A stretch of DNA of 58,508 nucleotides, taken from the sequence record PQ850612.1. One strand, written 5' to 3'. Positions within the stretch are counted from its first letter, which is position 1; every line of letters starts with the position of its first letter. The DNA comes from Escherichia phage KarinMuster_Bas82. Made by a program: the position numbers and the translations under genes. The notes beneath the pieces are model-generated. The model ran no database searches. It was not told the origin of the DNA and worked only from the letters and a program-made list of their open reading frames with translations. Positions 27,600-37,950 of this stretch are shown piece by piece.

Positions 27600-30123
27600 A
27601 GTCATCTATCACACTAATCCTGTTGAACACGCGGATAACGTTGACTTTGGTGAATGGATGCTGAAACGCTGGCCTGTGGGTACAGTTCGTCCGCGTGGGT
27701 TACTGATTTATAAAAACGATGAGAACATCACCCAAAAGTGGGTTACTGACCCCAGCGTATTAACGGATCCTGATGCCGTTTATCATATTTATGAACTACC
27801 AAAAGGTGGGGTGGTTAGTGCAATAACGAAAGTTATCAGTACGATTTTAAACCCTATTTTAAAATTATTCATGCCGAACACCAGTGCGTCGGCTAATCTT
27901 AAGAACTCACGTTCAGCATCGTCTAACAACGCGCTTCAAGGGCGTACTAATGCTTCGCGACCGGGTGAGCGTATTTCTGATATACGCGGTCGTGTACTGG
28001 CATATCCTGACCTTTTAATGGACTACCGAATCTTCATTGACCGAACAGAATACGAAGTTCAGTTTCTGTGTCTGGGTGCTGGTGAATACGAAGTCGAAGA
28101 CGTTCGTGATGGTATTACACCTGCGGTAAATATCAGTGGTGAAAAATTAGACTTTTATAAAAAAGGTAATGCACCAGGGTATGGTTCTCCATATATGAAT
28201 ATCGGTGGTGCAATTGATATTAACACTTTTCCGATCATGGTTGCTAAGTCATCGAACGAAGCAGACGGATCTGAAGTCAAGCCACCAAACTATGCTGATA
28301 TCAGCAAAGCGAGTTTTAAAATTTACAGCACTGGTGAAATTGACACTACGATTTCCAGTGATGATAACATTACGATTGACTGGTCGGAACGTGCACCAAT
28401 CGGTAGTAAAATTCGTTTATCACAATTTTACAGTTTTACACCTAATACTTTACCGTTAAACACGTATGTACGTAATGACCTATCCGGTGAATATGATGTT
28501 ATTTATGCAGGTGAGAATACGTTAATCATTGATACTACTGGTCGTGAAGGTTGGGATGCTCTGTCTGAAAGTGGTCAGGCTGCATATACACAGGCTTATT
28601 TGCGAAACGATGGTTACTGGGAACTTGAAACCACTGAAGGAAGCGGGAGTATTTTATACAAGTTTTCACCGTCTCTTGACAGTACCACGCCGTATATTGT
28701 CGGGCCTTATCTGATTGACAGTGCGGATAAGTTGATGATTAACTTGTATGCGCAGAACGGTGTGTATAAAACTGATGGTGATATTTATCCGTTTACCTGT
28801 GATTTCCAGGTAGTGTTGTCAGATCCTAATGGTGTGAAAGCGAATGTGACACACTCTATGTCTGTTCGTGGTCGTTATACAGAAGCTGTAGGCAGTTCGT
28901 TAATTGTGGACAACCCTTTTGACGGTCCTGTTAACGTGTCTGTAAGACGACTGTCAAATACAGACAAAGATTTCGAAGGGTCTGTTGTTGATAACATTAA
29001 GTGGCGCGATTTATACGCTATCACGAACGTTTCCCCGCGTTCCTACGGTGATGTGACATTGATCCATACTGTGACAAAAGCAACAAACGCTGCACTGAAA
29101 CAAAAAGAACGTAAATTAAACATGATTGCAACCCGTGTGTATAACGGTGTTGCAAGTAGTAATTTTGCAGACGTTGTAATGTCAATGCACACAGATCCTT
29201 TATTTGGTCGTCGTACATTAGACACAATTGATTGTGACGCTTTATATGCTGTTCAGGAACAACTTCTTGAATATTTTGGTGATCAACGAACAATTGAAGT
29301 TGGTTATACATTTGATAACAACAGTACGACTTACGAAGAAGGATTGGACACTGTCTGTAACACCGTAAACGTTAAACCATATCAGATCGGTAGTGTATTG
29401 TATTTCTGGCCTGAATTACCACAGGAGCACTCTGCAATGCAGTTTGGTCACGCGTTTAAGATCCCTGACAGTGATAAGCGGACACGTTCTTTTGCACCAC
29501 CTAAAGAATATACTGGTGTTCAGGTTAAATATTTCGATCATGATGAAAAATCGTATTTGTATGTAACTAAAGGTGAAGAAACAAACCTTAATAAGATAGA
29601 CCTTGTTGCGTGTCAGTCGCGATATCTTGCAAATATCCGTGCTAATCGTGAGATGAATAAGTTACGTTATCAACGTATCACCCACGAGTGTACAGCGCTT
29701 AGTATCGGGTTACAGGCTACCCCAGGTATGCGTGTGGATATGATTGATAATACCCGTATGAAACAACACGAAGGTATCGTAGTCGATGTTGACGGTTTAA
29801 CGCTTATTCTTAGTGATCCTGTTACGTTCACCACGGGTAATACATACAGTATAACGTTAACCCACCGACTGGGAACACTTGAAAATATTCCTGTAACTGC
29901 CGGGGATGATGAATTTTCAGTGGTAATTGCTTATCAACCGTCTGAAGAAATTTACACGGGGTGGTTACGTGACCGTACCGCATATGTTATCCGTGCTGAT
30001 GACGAACGTAGCAAATTAGCGATGCTTGTTCAGAGTATGGAACCGTCAGGAAGAGACAATAACTATCAGGTAGGGTTAACGTGCATCAATTACGATGCAC
30101 GTTATTATCAGGATGATTTATAA
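27592..30123 (+). CDS. tail tip / central fibre protein (putative)
   Basis: 843 aa, GTG start with SD GGAG, last gene of tail operon. Confidence 0.5.
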   Translation: MSKVIYHTNPVEHADNVDFGEWMLKRWPVGTVRPRGLLIYKNDENITQKWVTDPSVLTDPDAVYHIYELPKGGVVSAITKVISTILNPILKLFMPNTSASANLKNSRSASSNNALQGRTNASRPGERISDIRGRVLAYPDLLMDYRIFIDRTEYEVQFLCLGAGEYEVEDVRDGITPAVNISGEKLDFYKKGNAPGYGSPYMNIGGAIDINTFPIMVAKSSNEADGSEVKPPNYADISKASFKIYSTGEIDTTISSDDNITIDWSERAPIGSKIRLSQFYSFTPNTLPLNTYVRNDLSGEYDVIYAGENTLIIDTTGREGWDALSESGQAAYTQAYLRNDGYWELETTEGSGSILYKFSPSLDSTTPYIVGPYLIDSADKLMINLYAQNGVYKTDGDIYPFTCDFQVVLSDPNGVKANVTHSMSVRGRYTEAVGSSLIVDNPFDGPVNVSVRRLSNTDKDFEGSVVDNIKWRDLYAITNVSPRSYGDVTLIHTVTKATNAALKQKERKLNMIATRVYNGVASSNFADVVMSMHTDPLFGRRTLDTIDCDALYAVQEQLLEYFGDQRTIEVGYTFDNNSTTYEEGLDTVCNTVNVKPYQIGSVLYFWPELPQEHSAMQFGHAFKIPDSDKRTRSFAPPKEYTGVQVKYFDHDEKSYLYVTKGEETNLNKIDLVACQSRYLANIRANREMNKLRYQRITHECTALSIGLQATPGMRVDMIDNTRMKQHEGIVVDVDGLTLILSDPVTFTTGNTYSITLTHRLGTLENIPVTAGDDEFSVVIAYQPSEEIYTGWLRDRTAYVIRADDERSKLAMLVQSMEPSGRDNNYQVGLTCINYDARYYQDDL

Positions 30124-30537
30124 CAAGTTATCTCAACCACTGGCTTGGTTTTTGTTGCAACATCTGAGCAGTGGAAAGACAAGCAGACAGGAGAAAAGAA
30201 AGAACAGACTGAATGGCATCGCGTAGTCATCTTCGGGAAACTTGCTGAAGTTGCAGGAGAATACCTTCGCAAAGGTTCTCAGGTTTATATCGAAGGCCAG
30301 CTACGTACTCATAAGTGGACTGACAGCAACGGCGTAGACCGATATACCACTGAGATTGTCATTTCACAAACGGGAGGCGTTATGCAGATGCTTGGTGGTA
30401 AACGTGATGATTCTGGTCAGCAACAACGCCAGCAATCAGGCCAGCAACCGCAACGACAACAGCAGCAACCAAAACAACAAAGCCAACAAGGAGGAAATGA
30501 GCCATCAATGGACTTCGACGACGACATTCCATTTTGA
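30124..30537 (+). pseudogene. ssb: N-terminally truncated SSB homolog
   Basis: frame open from tail-gene stop; about 85% identical by eye to E. coli SSB from ATSE(S/Q)W to the C-terminal MDFDDDIPF; first ~34 residues absent; no ATG or SD. Confidence 0.65.
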
Positions 30538-30558
30538 AGATATCAGAAGAGTAGAGAA

Positions 30559-30585
30559 AAGGCCCCTTTCGGGGCCTTAATTTTA
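30559..30585. terminator. bidirectional terminator
   Basis: AAGGCCCC-tttc-GGGGCCTT with T-rich flanks. Confidence 0.65.
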
Positions 30586-30674
30586 ATCGCAAAGTAATGC
30601 TTTGGTGAAGTTTGGCGCCCACGGCATCCTGTCAGAAATTACTAAATCTCGAATTAGAATCCCACAAACTGAGA

Positions 30675-32618
30675 TCACATCTGAATCCATGTGTTCCCAT
30701 CAAACATAAAGCCAACCTTATCACCGCCAGCTAACACCTTTGGAGTATTCCCTGTTGTAACGATATGACCGGCAGTAGAAGGCGTTATTGTTAGGTTTTG
30801 CCAGGAGGTGGCGTTTTGTATCCATAATGTATATCCTTCAGGTATTACCGAACCATTGACGGCTGTTGTGTTTATGGTAGCTATCTCAGCTGCCCCTGAC
30901 GGAAGCGTTAGCTTCATGAATGATGAGTTTGTCTGGCTGTATCTTACCGAAAGCACTCCAGAAACACCGCTTGCATCCTGTGTTGCATATCCGGGTCGCG
31001 GAGCGCCGCTTCCGTATATCGCAGCGCGAACATTACTGATGCTGTTCTTGTCAAAAGCGTTGTTAAAAGTCACTCCAGCCTGAGTGACCAGGTCATAGTT
31101 CAAAGTTGGTGTGATATTAACAAGATTTGAAACATTGACTAATGGTCCTATCTTTATAGAGTCATTAACGTGGGTTGATTCGCTAGTAATCCGCCCGTTC
31201 ACATTAGATATATTCAGCAAATTAGCCGCCTGTGCGTCAATAATTTGCCCAGTAACTTCGCCAGCTGAAATATTTGATATGTTTGCGGTGTATATTTTAT
31301 CGACTGCATTAGCCACCAGTGCCAATGACGCTATTGACGCTCCAGAGCTTGCCAGATTGTTAATGTTAATTTCATTGATGACGCCAGTATCAGACTGCAC
31401 CACCATGTCGTATTTGCATCCAGACGTTACAATATTCGATACATTAACCTTCTGTAGTTGAGCGTCTTGCGCAAAAACCCACAAGCCAATATTGCAGTTT
31501 TCATTTCCATCAATGGTAATATTGGTAATATTAGAGAAACTGGCATCACCAAATGCACTATCAGATTTAACAATAACACCTGTGTTTGAGTTTCTGGATA
31601 TTATATTATTCGTGATTGAATAACCACTTTTGTGCGCGAGGCTATATGTATTCTGTATGCCTATGCAATCTTCAATAATTGAATATTTATAACCTTCACA
31701 CAGAATAGAGTGAAATGCATCGGTTGGATTTCGTCCCAGCCCAATGCAGTTTCTTATAACGCAATACTGCCCTGATTTTTCAGGAGCTGAGACGGTGAGA
31801 GCATCACCAGCTGTCGATGGGAACCGGAACGAACCATGATCGACTCCAATATTGCTGATTTGTACGTTTTTGCCGCTAAATCTGAGCGTACCGACGATAA
31901 TGCTGCCATCAAGAAGACGTGTTAGCAATGAATCTGCATAGGGCCGCTTATCGCCAATGATGGTCACATTATCGTATGGTATAGCGTCGCCATTCCAAAC
32001 ATATGTTTTGCATGGAATTCTAAGTGGCAGTCCGTTGGCCGAGGCCCACGAAAGAGCATCTAATATGGCATTGGTGTCATCTGTACTTCCATCACCTTTT
32101 GCGCCAAAGTCATCAGGCGTCTTGTACCCCATTTTGAGGATATCAAACTCTGCCTGTACGGTCCTGCCGGATGTTGTACCAACTAGACCTGCGCCTGTGG
32201 TTAGGGCCAAGTCACTTCTCAATGAAGCATCACCAACACTAACCCACGCTCCTAATTTAACCTCCCCTGTGCTATCTGGAGTTGAGCCGGCTGGAACGAT
32301 TTTTGGAAACCCCCCGTCCCATCGGTAATATTCTCCTGTCGACTTATATCGCAACACCTGGTTAGGCAATGTTAATGTCGCGCCATCTTCGAAGCTATCC
32401 ATTGTGATATAGCCAACCTGAGATATAGCCTGATTGTACAGGTTTTCTAAACCATCAAGCGTCTTGTTGGTAACTGATTGATCACGGATCGTATCGGTAA
32501 CATCCAACGCATGATTACCGTTAGCATCACGACTTTTCGCAACGTGTTCAATATGTAAAATCGCTTGTTTGCCTGTTTTCAAATCATCAGCACTGATATA
32601 ATCGTTACAGTTAGCCAT
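30675..32618 (-). CDS. tail fibre / tailspike with pectate-lyase-3-like beta-helix
   Basis: start at MANCNDY (SD GGAG); FGAKGDGSTDDTNAI motif and repetitive beta-helix-like body. Confidence 0.7.
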   Translation of the reverse strand: MANCNDYISADDLKTGKQAILHIEHVAKSRDANGNHALDVTDTIRDQSVTNKTLDGLENLYNQAISQVGYITMDSFEDGATLTLPNQVLRYKSTGEYYRWDGGFPKIVPAGSTPDSTGEVKLGAWVSVGDASLRSDLALTTGAGLVGTTSGRTVQAEFDILKMGYKTPDDFGAKGDGSTDDTNAILDALSWASANGLPLRIPCKTYVWNGDAIPYDNVTIIGDKRPYADSLLTRLLDGSIIVGTLRFSGKNVQISNIGVDHGSFRFPSTAGDALTVSAPEKSGQYCVIRNCIGLGRNPTDAFHSILCEGYKYSIIEDCIGIQNTYSLAHKSGYSITNNIISRNSNTGVIVKSDSAFGDASFSNITNITIDGNENCNIGLWVFAQDAQLQKVNVSNIVTSGCKYDMVVQSDTGVINEININNLASSGASIASLALVANAVDKIYTANISNISAGEVTGQIIDAQAANLLNISNVNGRITSESTHVNDSIKIGPLVNVSNLVNITPTLNYDLVTQAGVTFNNAFDKNSISNVRAAIYGSGAPRPGYATQDASGVSGVLSVRYSQTNSSFMKLTLPSGAAEIATINTTAVNGSVIPEGYTLWIQNATSWQNLTITPSTAGHIVTTGNTPKVLAGGDKVGFMFDGNTWIQM

Positions 32619-32644
32619 CTTTAAGTCTCCAGGAGTGTAGAACA

Positions 32645-32968
32645 ATGTCTGATAACCCAGTGTTGAGGTATTGGCCTATAATAGCATTTGTTGCCACGGG
32701 GTTGGTAGGTTACGGGGTAACTCAAAACCAAATCAATTCTAATGAAAAAGATATTGCAGATGCAAAAACCTATGCGCACGAGGCGCTCAATCTGGCAAAA
32801 CGAGTGGAATCCCGTGTGGATGTCCATGATATCAAAATTGAATATCAGGCAACACAGAACGCTGAAATCCTCACCAGTGTTAAAGAGCTAACACAGTCAA
32901 CAAATGACCTGAAAGTTGTTATTGAAGGTTTGAAAGCGGAACAACGTAAAACCGGGAGTAAGCAATGA
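32645..32968 (+). CDS. membrane protein, TM plus coiled coil (holin/antiholin candidate)
   Basis: 107 aa, single N-terminal TM, first gene of lysis cassette. Confidence 0.4.
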   Translation: MSDNPVLRYWPIIAFVATGLVGYGVTQNQINSNEKDIADAKTYAHEALNLAKRVESRVDVHDIKIEYQATQNAEILTSVKELTQSTNDLKVVIEGLKAEQRKTGSKQ

Positions 32969-33354
32969 GTAACTTTAAATTCAGTCAGAGAAGTGAAAAT
33001 AATCTGAAAGGGGTTAATTCAGATCTTGTGAAAATCGTGCGTCGGGCACTTCAGTTATCACCCGTTGATTTCGGTATCACAGAAGGTTTACGAACTGTTG
33101 AACGACAACGACAACTGGTTGCTGCAGGTAAAAGTCAGACGATGAACAGTCGTCATATTTCGGGTCATGCTGTGGATGTATTCGCATATCCTACACCTGC
33201 CGGGTCGTGGGAATGGAAATACTACGAACAAATTGCCACTGCATTTAAACAGGCTGCAAAAGAACTGGATATTCCTGTTGAATGGGGCGGTGACTGGAAA
33301 ACACTGAAAGATGGTCCACACTTCCAGTTACCACATGCGAAATATCCCGCGTGA
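32965..33354 (+). CDS. endolysin, peptidase M15-like
   Basis: 129 aa; SRHISGHAVDV metal-binding motif. Confidence 0.75.
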   Translation: MSNFKFSQRSENNLKGVNSDLVKIVRRALQLSPVDFGITEGLRTVERQRQLVAAGKSQTMNSRHISGHAVDVFAYPTPAGSWEWKYYEQIATAFKQAAKELDIPVEWGGDWKTLKDGPHFQLPHAKYPA

Positions 33355-33364
33355 GATAACAATC

Positions 33365-33595
33365 ATGGACAAATTCAGCATATTACGTAACACAACCGGG
33401 GGGATCTCTTTAAGCCGCGCACAAGCGGCTTTAGGCTTCCTCGTGGTAACAGGGATTCTGATTTATCAGGCCGTGGACCGCACACTTGATGATACAGTGC
33501 TATTAACCTATTTCGGTTTCTGTATAGGTCAGTATGTTGGTGCTAAAAAAATCGCTGTAGATAAACAACGAGGTACACCAAATGACAACCCGTAG
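33365..33595 (+). CDS. holin-like two-TM protein
   Basis: start at MDKFSIL; two hydrophobic segments and charged C-terminus. Confidence 0.45.
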   Translation: MDKFSILRNTTGGISLSRAQAALGFLVVTGILIYQAVDRTLDDTVLLTYFGFCIGQYVGAKKIAVDKQRGTPNDNP

Positions 33596-33980
33596 TGTGT
33601 TAATCACCGTTGTTGCGACCGTTCTTGTGTTAAGCGTAGGTGCGTATACGTGTTACCACGCGGGATATAAAGTACGGGTAAATGAAGAACGTCAGGAACG
33701 TTTAGACGATGCACAACGGGAACAACAACGGTTAAAGGCACAACAGGAACTGGCAGATGATGTACTTCGTGGTTTAGCTGGCTGGTCACAGAATACTAAA
33801 ATCGTGGAAATACGACATGAAAAGACTAATACTGTTTTTCGTAATGAGTGTCTTACTTCTGAATATCAACGCCTGTACAACGAACGAGTTACCGAAGCAG
33901 AAGCCCGTTTATCAGGCCGCATTAGTTCAGAAGTGTCAGACCGAAAACCTTCCACGGCTGAACGGTCTGACAGGAAATGA
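33582..33980 (+). CDS. i-spanin (Rz-like)
   Basis: 132 aa; N-terminal TM then coiled-coil. Confidence 0.55.
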   Translation: MTTRSVLITVVATVLVLSVGAYTCYHAGYKVRVNEERQERLDDAQREQQRLKAQQELADDVLRGLAGWSQNTKIVEIRHEKTNTVFRNECLTSEYQRLYNERVTEAEARLSGRISSEVSDRKPSTAERSDRK

Positions 33981-34065
33981 TTCAACAGATGTTAATGACC
34001 AGTGGTTAGATATTTATTTCAAATGTGCAACTATTCACAATGCATTAGTAGACAGTCTTCAGTAA
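33817..34065 (+). CDS. o-spanin (Rz1-like lipoprotein), embedded
   Basis: 82 aa in alternate frame; lipobox LLLNINAC. Confidence 0.55.
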   Translation: MKRLILFFVMSVLLLNINACTTNELPKQKPVYQAALVQKCQTENLPRLNGLTGNDSTDVNDQWLDIYFKCATIHNALVDSLQ

Positions 34066-34278
34066 ATCTTCAACCGATACTTCAATCCACGATGCGGGAA
34101 CCGGATATTCAGTCCGGTACATGAACAAGGATGTTCCTATCAACCCGTGTGGATCTGTTTTAATCCCTCGCATGTTCAACAATGGAAAAAACTGTTCGCG
34201 TGTTTGTGGCAACCGTGCAAAGCGCCCTGTGGGACGTTTCGCCGGGTCCATAGGGTTAAATTCAACGATTGTGGACAT
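34045..34278 (-). CDS. hypothetical protein
   Basis: 77-aa ORF, last gene of leftward operon. Confidence 0.35.
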   Translation of the reverse strand: MSTIVEFNPMDPAKRPTGRFARLPQTREQFFPLLNMRGIKTDPHGLIGTSLFMYRTEYPVPASWIEVSVEDLLKTVY

Positions 34279-34783
34279 AACAATAACTCCTGTACGCTTG
34301 TCGTTTTATTTTCTGATAGTCAGAAACTTTTACAGATCTCGTTTTACATTCACCGATACGATATGGGTCGAAAACAAACATCACCTGTGAACGGTCATTC
34401 CCTCCTGCTGGTAACTTGGTATCAGGATCTACAAACGCTATACGACCTTTAAATACCCATAGTTCTGAACAATGTGTCAGTGCTTTGTGAAACCAGTCTG
34501 CAGACGTCATAGCGTTCACGAGTAATAACGAACCAGTTCCCTGATGAACAGTGGTTATTATTTTATTAACCCAGGGGGACGGATCGCTATACGGTGGGTT
34601 GCACCAGACGAACCCACCACCATTACTTTGAACAATTGAATGCCAGTCTTTATTCAGACTATCAGTGATAAATAACGAACATTTAGCGTTAGAACCATCG
34701 GTACACACATCAAGAACAAGTGGGAATTCACGAGAAACGTTATCAATAAAATCCCACGGTGTTTCCCAGTTGTCTTTAGCCAT
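34262..34783 (-). CDS. dam: DNA N6-adenine methyltransferase
   Basis: start at MAKDNWETPW; motif FVWCNPPYS. Confidence 0.7.
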   Translation of the reverse strand: MAKDNWETPWDFIDNVSREFPLVLDVCTDGSNAKCSLFITDSLNKDWHSIVQSNGGGFVWCNPPYSDPSPWVNKIITTVHQGTGSLLLVNAMTSADWFHKALTHCSELWVFKGRIAFVDPDTKLPAGGNDRSQVMFVFDPYRIGECKTRSVKVSDYQKIKRQAYRSYCYVHNR

Positions 34784-35129
34784 GTTCCGGTACGCTCTCC
34801 ACGCTGTAATAAACGGGGATACCCAGACGTTCAGCTTCTGCAATTTCTGCAATAGTCCCGGACGAACGACGATAATCAGGAAGCACCAGAACAGCATCAC
34901 AGCGGCGCATAATTTCTAACGTGCCTGATAGATAGTATTCAGGCTGTATGTTGCGTAAACCGCCGTCAAAGTCCCACAATTCGGTGTTCTTGTGAGGGAT
35001 AACCGGGAACCACCCCGGACGTTGTAAAGTAAGTCGTTTACCTGCCTGTTCAGCGCGTGACACGTTACGGGATGTTTTAAGCGCACAATCAGCACGATAA
35101 GGCCCGGCAATGTAACAGAGTTTAATCAT
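34776..35129 (-). CDS. nucleoside 2-deoxyribosyltransferase-like (DUF4406-like) protein
   Basis: start MIKLCYIAGPY with SD AGGAAA; family assignment from memory. Confidence 0.45.
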   Translation of the reverse strand: MIKLCYIAGPYRADCALKTSRNVSRAEQAGKRLTLQRPGWFPVIPHKNTELWDFDGGLRNIQPEYYLSGTLEIMRRCDAVLVLPDYRRSSGTIAEIAEAERLGIPVYYSVESVPEHG

Positions 35130-35445
35130 GGTTGTTTTCCTGCATCTGTAAGAACACAATCATTGCGGCACGGAGTGGGTTAGCGTCTTGAATCATATGA
35201 TATGGGGTACTATCACTGCCAACTTTTCTATGCGCTGCCTTCCATAATCCATTTTCTGGCGCTGGGATAATGCCAATTCTGTTCTCTACGATAATCGGCT
35301 CTGCGTCAGTCGGATTAGTGGTATATTTGAAACCACCCCGTGACCAACAACCTCGGATATCTTTATCGTCAGCATGAACACCGTAAATAACTTTCAAAAC
35401 AAGGCGATCAATATCTCTATCGTTCATCTTACTGTAATCAGTCAT
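35122..35445 (-). CDS. hypothetical protein
   Basis: 107 aa, SD GAGG. Confidence 0.5.
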   Translation of the reverse strand: MTDYSKMNDRDIDRLVLKVIYGVHADDKDIRGCWSRGGFKYTTNPTDAEPIIVENRIGIIPAPENGLWKAAHRKVGSDSTPYHMIQDANPLRAAMIVFLQMQENNHD

Positions 35446-35974
35446 GACGATTCATTCCCTCTAACATGTCCCAGATAAGCGCAACACGGCGCGGATCCGT
35501 GCTGATAGTGTGTAAAGTTTCACATCCGTAATGCCATCCCCAACGAACGGATAATTCAGACAGCAGATAACCACGGGAGTTAGCCAGTTCAGCCAGTTCA
35601 CCAGGTTTGAACGTCGTTGTATTAGGTTCTGTAAGAACACGAGTACCACAGATAGCGTCACTGATGCGCCATGGTTTCATCAGATCATCAACCTTGTACC
35701 AGTTACTGATACTGATTTCAGACGTTCCCCAGCGTGCAGCCAGTTTCAGACGTTCCTGACGGGCCGGGAACATTGGCATCTGTGGTAAACGTAGTTGGAT
35801 TTGTTCTGCAGGTTCGAACATGTCATCGTCTGTTAAACGAAATTCACCACGGTCATCAATATAAAAACCACGGGAACGACCGTCGCGGGTGAACCCGTCA
35901 ACACGGTTATAAATTTTACCGGGAGTAAAGACACCAATCGGTGAACCAGTTACGAATTTGTGTGAAGTATGCAT
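35438..35974 (-). CDS. hypothetical protein
   Basis: 178 aa, SD GAGG. Confidence 0.5.
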   Translation of the reverse strand: MHTSHKFVTGSPIGVFTPGKIYNRVDGFTRDGRSRGFYIDDRGEFRLTDDDMFEPAEQIQLRLPQMPMFPARQERLKLAARWGTSEISISNWYKVDDLMKPWRISDAICGTRVLTEPNTTTFKPGELAELANSRGYLLSELSVRWGWHYGCETLHTISTDPRRVALIWDMLEGMNRHD

Positions 35975-36013
35975 TGTTATCGCCTCAATAAGTTTTAAAT
36001 AATTCTATACGGT

Positions 36014-37870
36014 TTACCGAAGTGGTGCAACGAGTTTTTCAGCTTCTTTGATGTAAAAATCATAATTGAGCGTTGCCCGGTTAAAACGTTTCATGTCGTT
36101 GCACTCAGTGGTCAACCAACCTTTACACACTGACATGCGGCGTTCAGGCGCATCAGGGTTCAGTTTCAGTGATTTTGCCAGCGGTGGCATGACTTTTGTC
36201 AACGGTGCACCATCTGTACTGACGTAATAACGGGTAATGTTTTGAACCTGTTTATCACCCCATAGTAATTTGCTGTTACGCGGTACTTTCGTCACCAACA
36301 TAAAATCGTGAATGTCTTCGTGTGATGTTATAAAATCACGAATGTCTTTATTGTGTACCAGTGCTGCTTCAGCCGCTTTTGCGACAACCTGCATGCTGTG
36401 GTTTTGATGCCAACCCAGATCAACGCTGTGACAATAAGCGCCTTTACGTTTAACTTTCTTACCGCCTTCATAAACAGCGATGTAATTATTTACATCGCGG
36501 ATAAACATCACGTCATAAATCGCTTCTTCAAGCTGGAGTTTAGTTAATTTTTCCCACGCGTGACGAACCTGTTCTACTTGTCCGGTAAATACTCGTGGTA
36601 CGTAAACTGTAAGACCATCTGTGTTAGCCTGGATCATGGATAAACCAGGGATTTTCAGAAGTTCTTCAGCCAACATGCACAAAAGTAACTGTCCGTTAAT
36701 CGTAATAGCCATTGTATAAGCAGGATCGTAGAATGGGCTGTATACGTTATTACTGTCACCATACACACCGTTTAACGCCAGTTTTAACATTGCGTTTTCT
36801 GGTGTACCTTTCGGGTAACTGGAACGCATGTCATAAACATTTTTATAAATGGTGCAAAATTGTTTACCCAGATGTGCCGGATAAAGTTCATTACTGATCG
36901 CAAGGTTCGGGTAAAAACTGGCAACGTCCAGATCGATGATCACATAATTTTCAGTGGATCTTATAGTTTGAGATTCAATAGACCCGTGGATACCACCCGT
37001 ACCAAAATCAAACGAGAACCCGTTAATGTCTGCACTTAAATCTGTAAATACACCTTTTGTTTCAGTGATGACCTGCTGACGTAACCAGTTAAGAACACGA
37101 TTAAATTCAGGCTGTTCAAAACGGACATAAGGGAAAATCACGCTGTTTAATGCGATTGATAGTCTGTGCGTCTGTCGTGGTTTTCTACTACCCGGTTCGA
37201 AACATTGAATACCTGATTTTTCAAGTTCCATGATGAAATAGTCTTTACCGATTTTCGTGTCATTATGGTTCATGAAATTACGACCGTATTTAGCAGAAAG
37301 TTCACGACGAAAATCGATCAGCTTTTTACTGTGTTTATAAAACATCAAAGTCGCTTTTAAATCGTGTATCAGATATTGACGAAGCGTATCAATTTGAGAA
37401 TCGGTTAAGTAAGTCCCTGGCGTAAATGGGAGGTCTTCAATGTTTTCCATTCTCATATTGAATTCAAGTGTTTTCAGACTTGTTCGTTTTGCCTGATTGT
37501 CGAAATGATGAATTTTATACAAATCAAGCTGGGGGACTATCCAGTCTTTTTCCCACACCATATGAGCAAAACGATTTTCATCACCGGCGTTAATTATCGA
37601 ATCGCCTTTTTTGTAAATGTCTGCGTTGGTGATATACATGATGTTGTTCAAAATAGAATGCTGAACAGGATAGTCGTAACCCAGATTGTTATAACCAACT
37701 TCTTCAGCACGATGTTCACGCAAATATTCCGTGAAGAAGTAAAAAGCCTGACGATCATCGCGACGATGTGAAATCTCAAAAATATAAGGCGTTTCAGTTA
37801 ACGCGTGAATAGCACCGAACAGGAAAACATTAGGATAGTTTTCAATATCATGAACGTAAGCATCTAACAT
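36014..37870 (-). CDS. DNA polymerase, compact family-B-like
   Basis: 618 aa; Exo I-like VHDIEN, motif A-like DLDVASFYPNL, motif B-like KLALNGVYG, motif C-like ANTDG. Confidence 0.65.
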   Translation of the reverse strand: MLDAYVHDIENYPNVFLFGAIHALTETPYIFEISHRRDDRQAFYFFTEYLREHRAEEVGYNNLGYDYPVQHSILNNIMYITNADIYKKGDSIINAGDENRFAHMVWEKDWIVPQLDLYKIHHFDNQAKRTSLKTLEFNMRMENIEDLPFTPGTYLTDSQIDTLRQYLIHDLKATLMFYKHSKKLIDFRRELSAKYGRNFMNHNDTKIGKDYFIMELEKSGIQCFEPGSRKPRQTHRLSIALNSVIFPYVRFEQPEFNRVLNWLRQQVITETKGVFTDLSADINGFSFDFGTGGIHGSIESQTIRSTENYVIIDLDVASFYPNLAISNELYPAHLGKQFCTIYKNVYDMRSSYPKGTPENAMLKLALNGVYGDSNNVYSPFYDPAYTMAITINGQLLLCMLAEELLKIPGLSMIQANTDGLTVYVPRVFTGQVEQVRHAWEKLTKLQLEEAIYDVMFIRDVNNYIAVYEGGKKVKRKGAYCHSVDLGWHQNHSMQVVAKAAEAALVHNKDIRDFITSHEDIHDFMLVTKVPRNSKLLWGDKQVQNITRYYVSTDGAPLTKVMPPLAKSLKLNPDAPERRMSVCKGWLTTECNDMKRFNRATLNYDFYIKEAEKLVAPLR

Positions 37871-37950
37871 AATAAAATCCTGATAAGTAAATGGGGCACT
37901 ATGGCCCCATGTCTGTTTAAAGCGGTATGTTGTCCCAGTTCCAGTAACTA

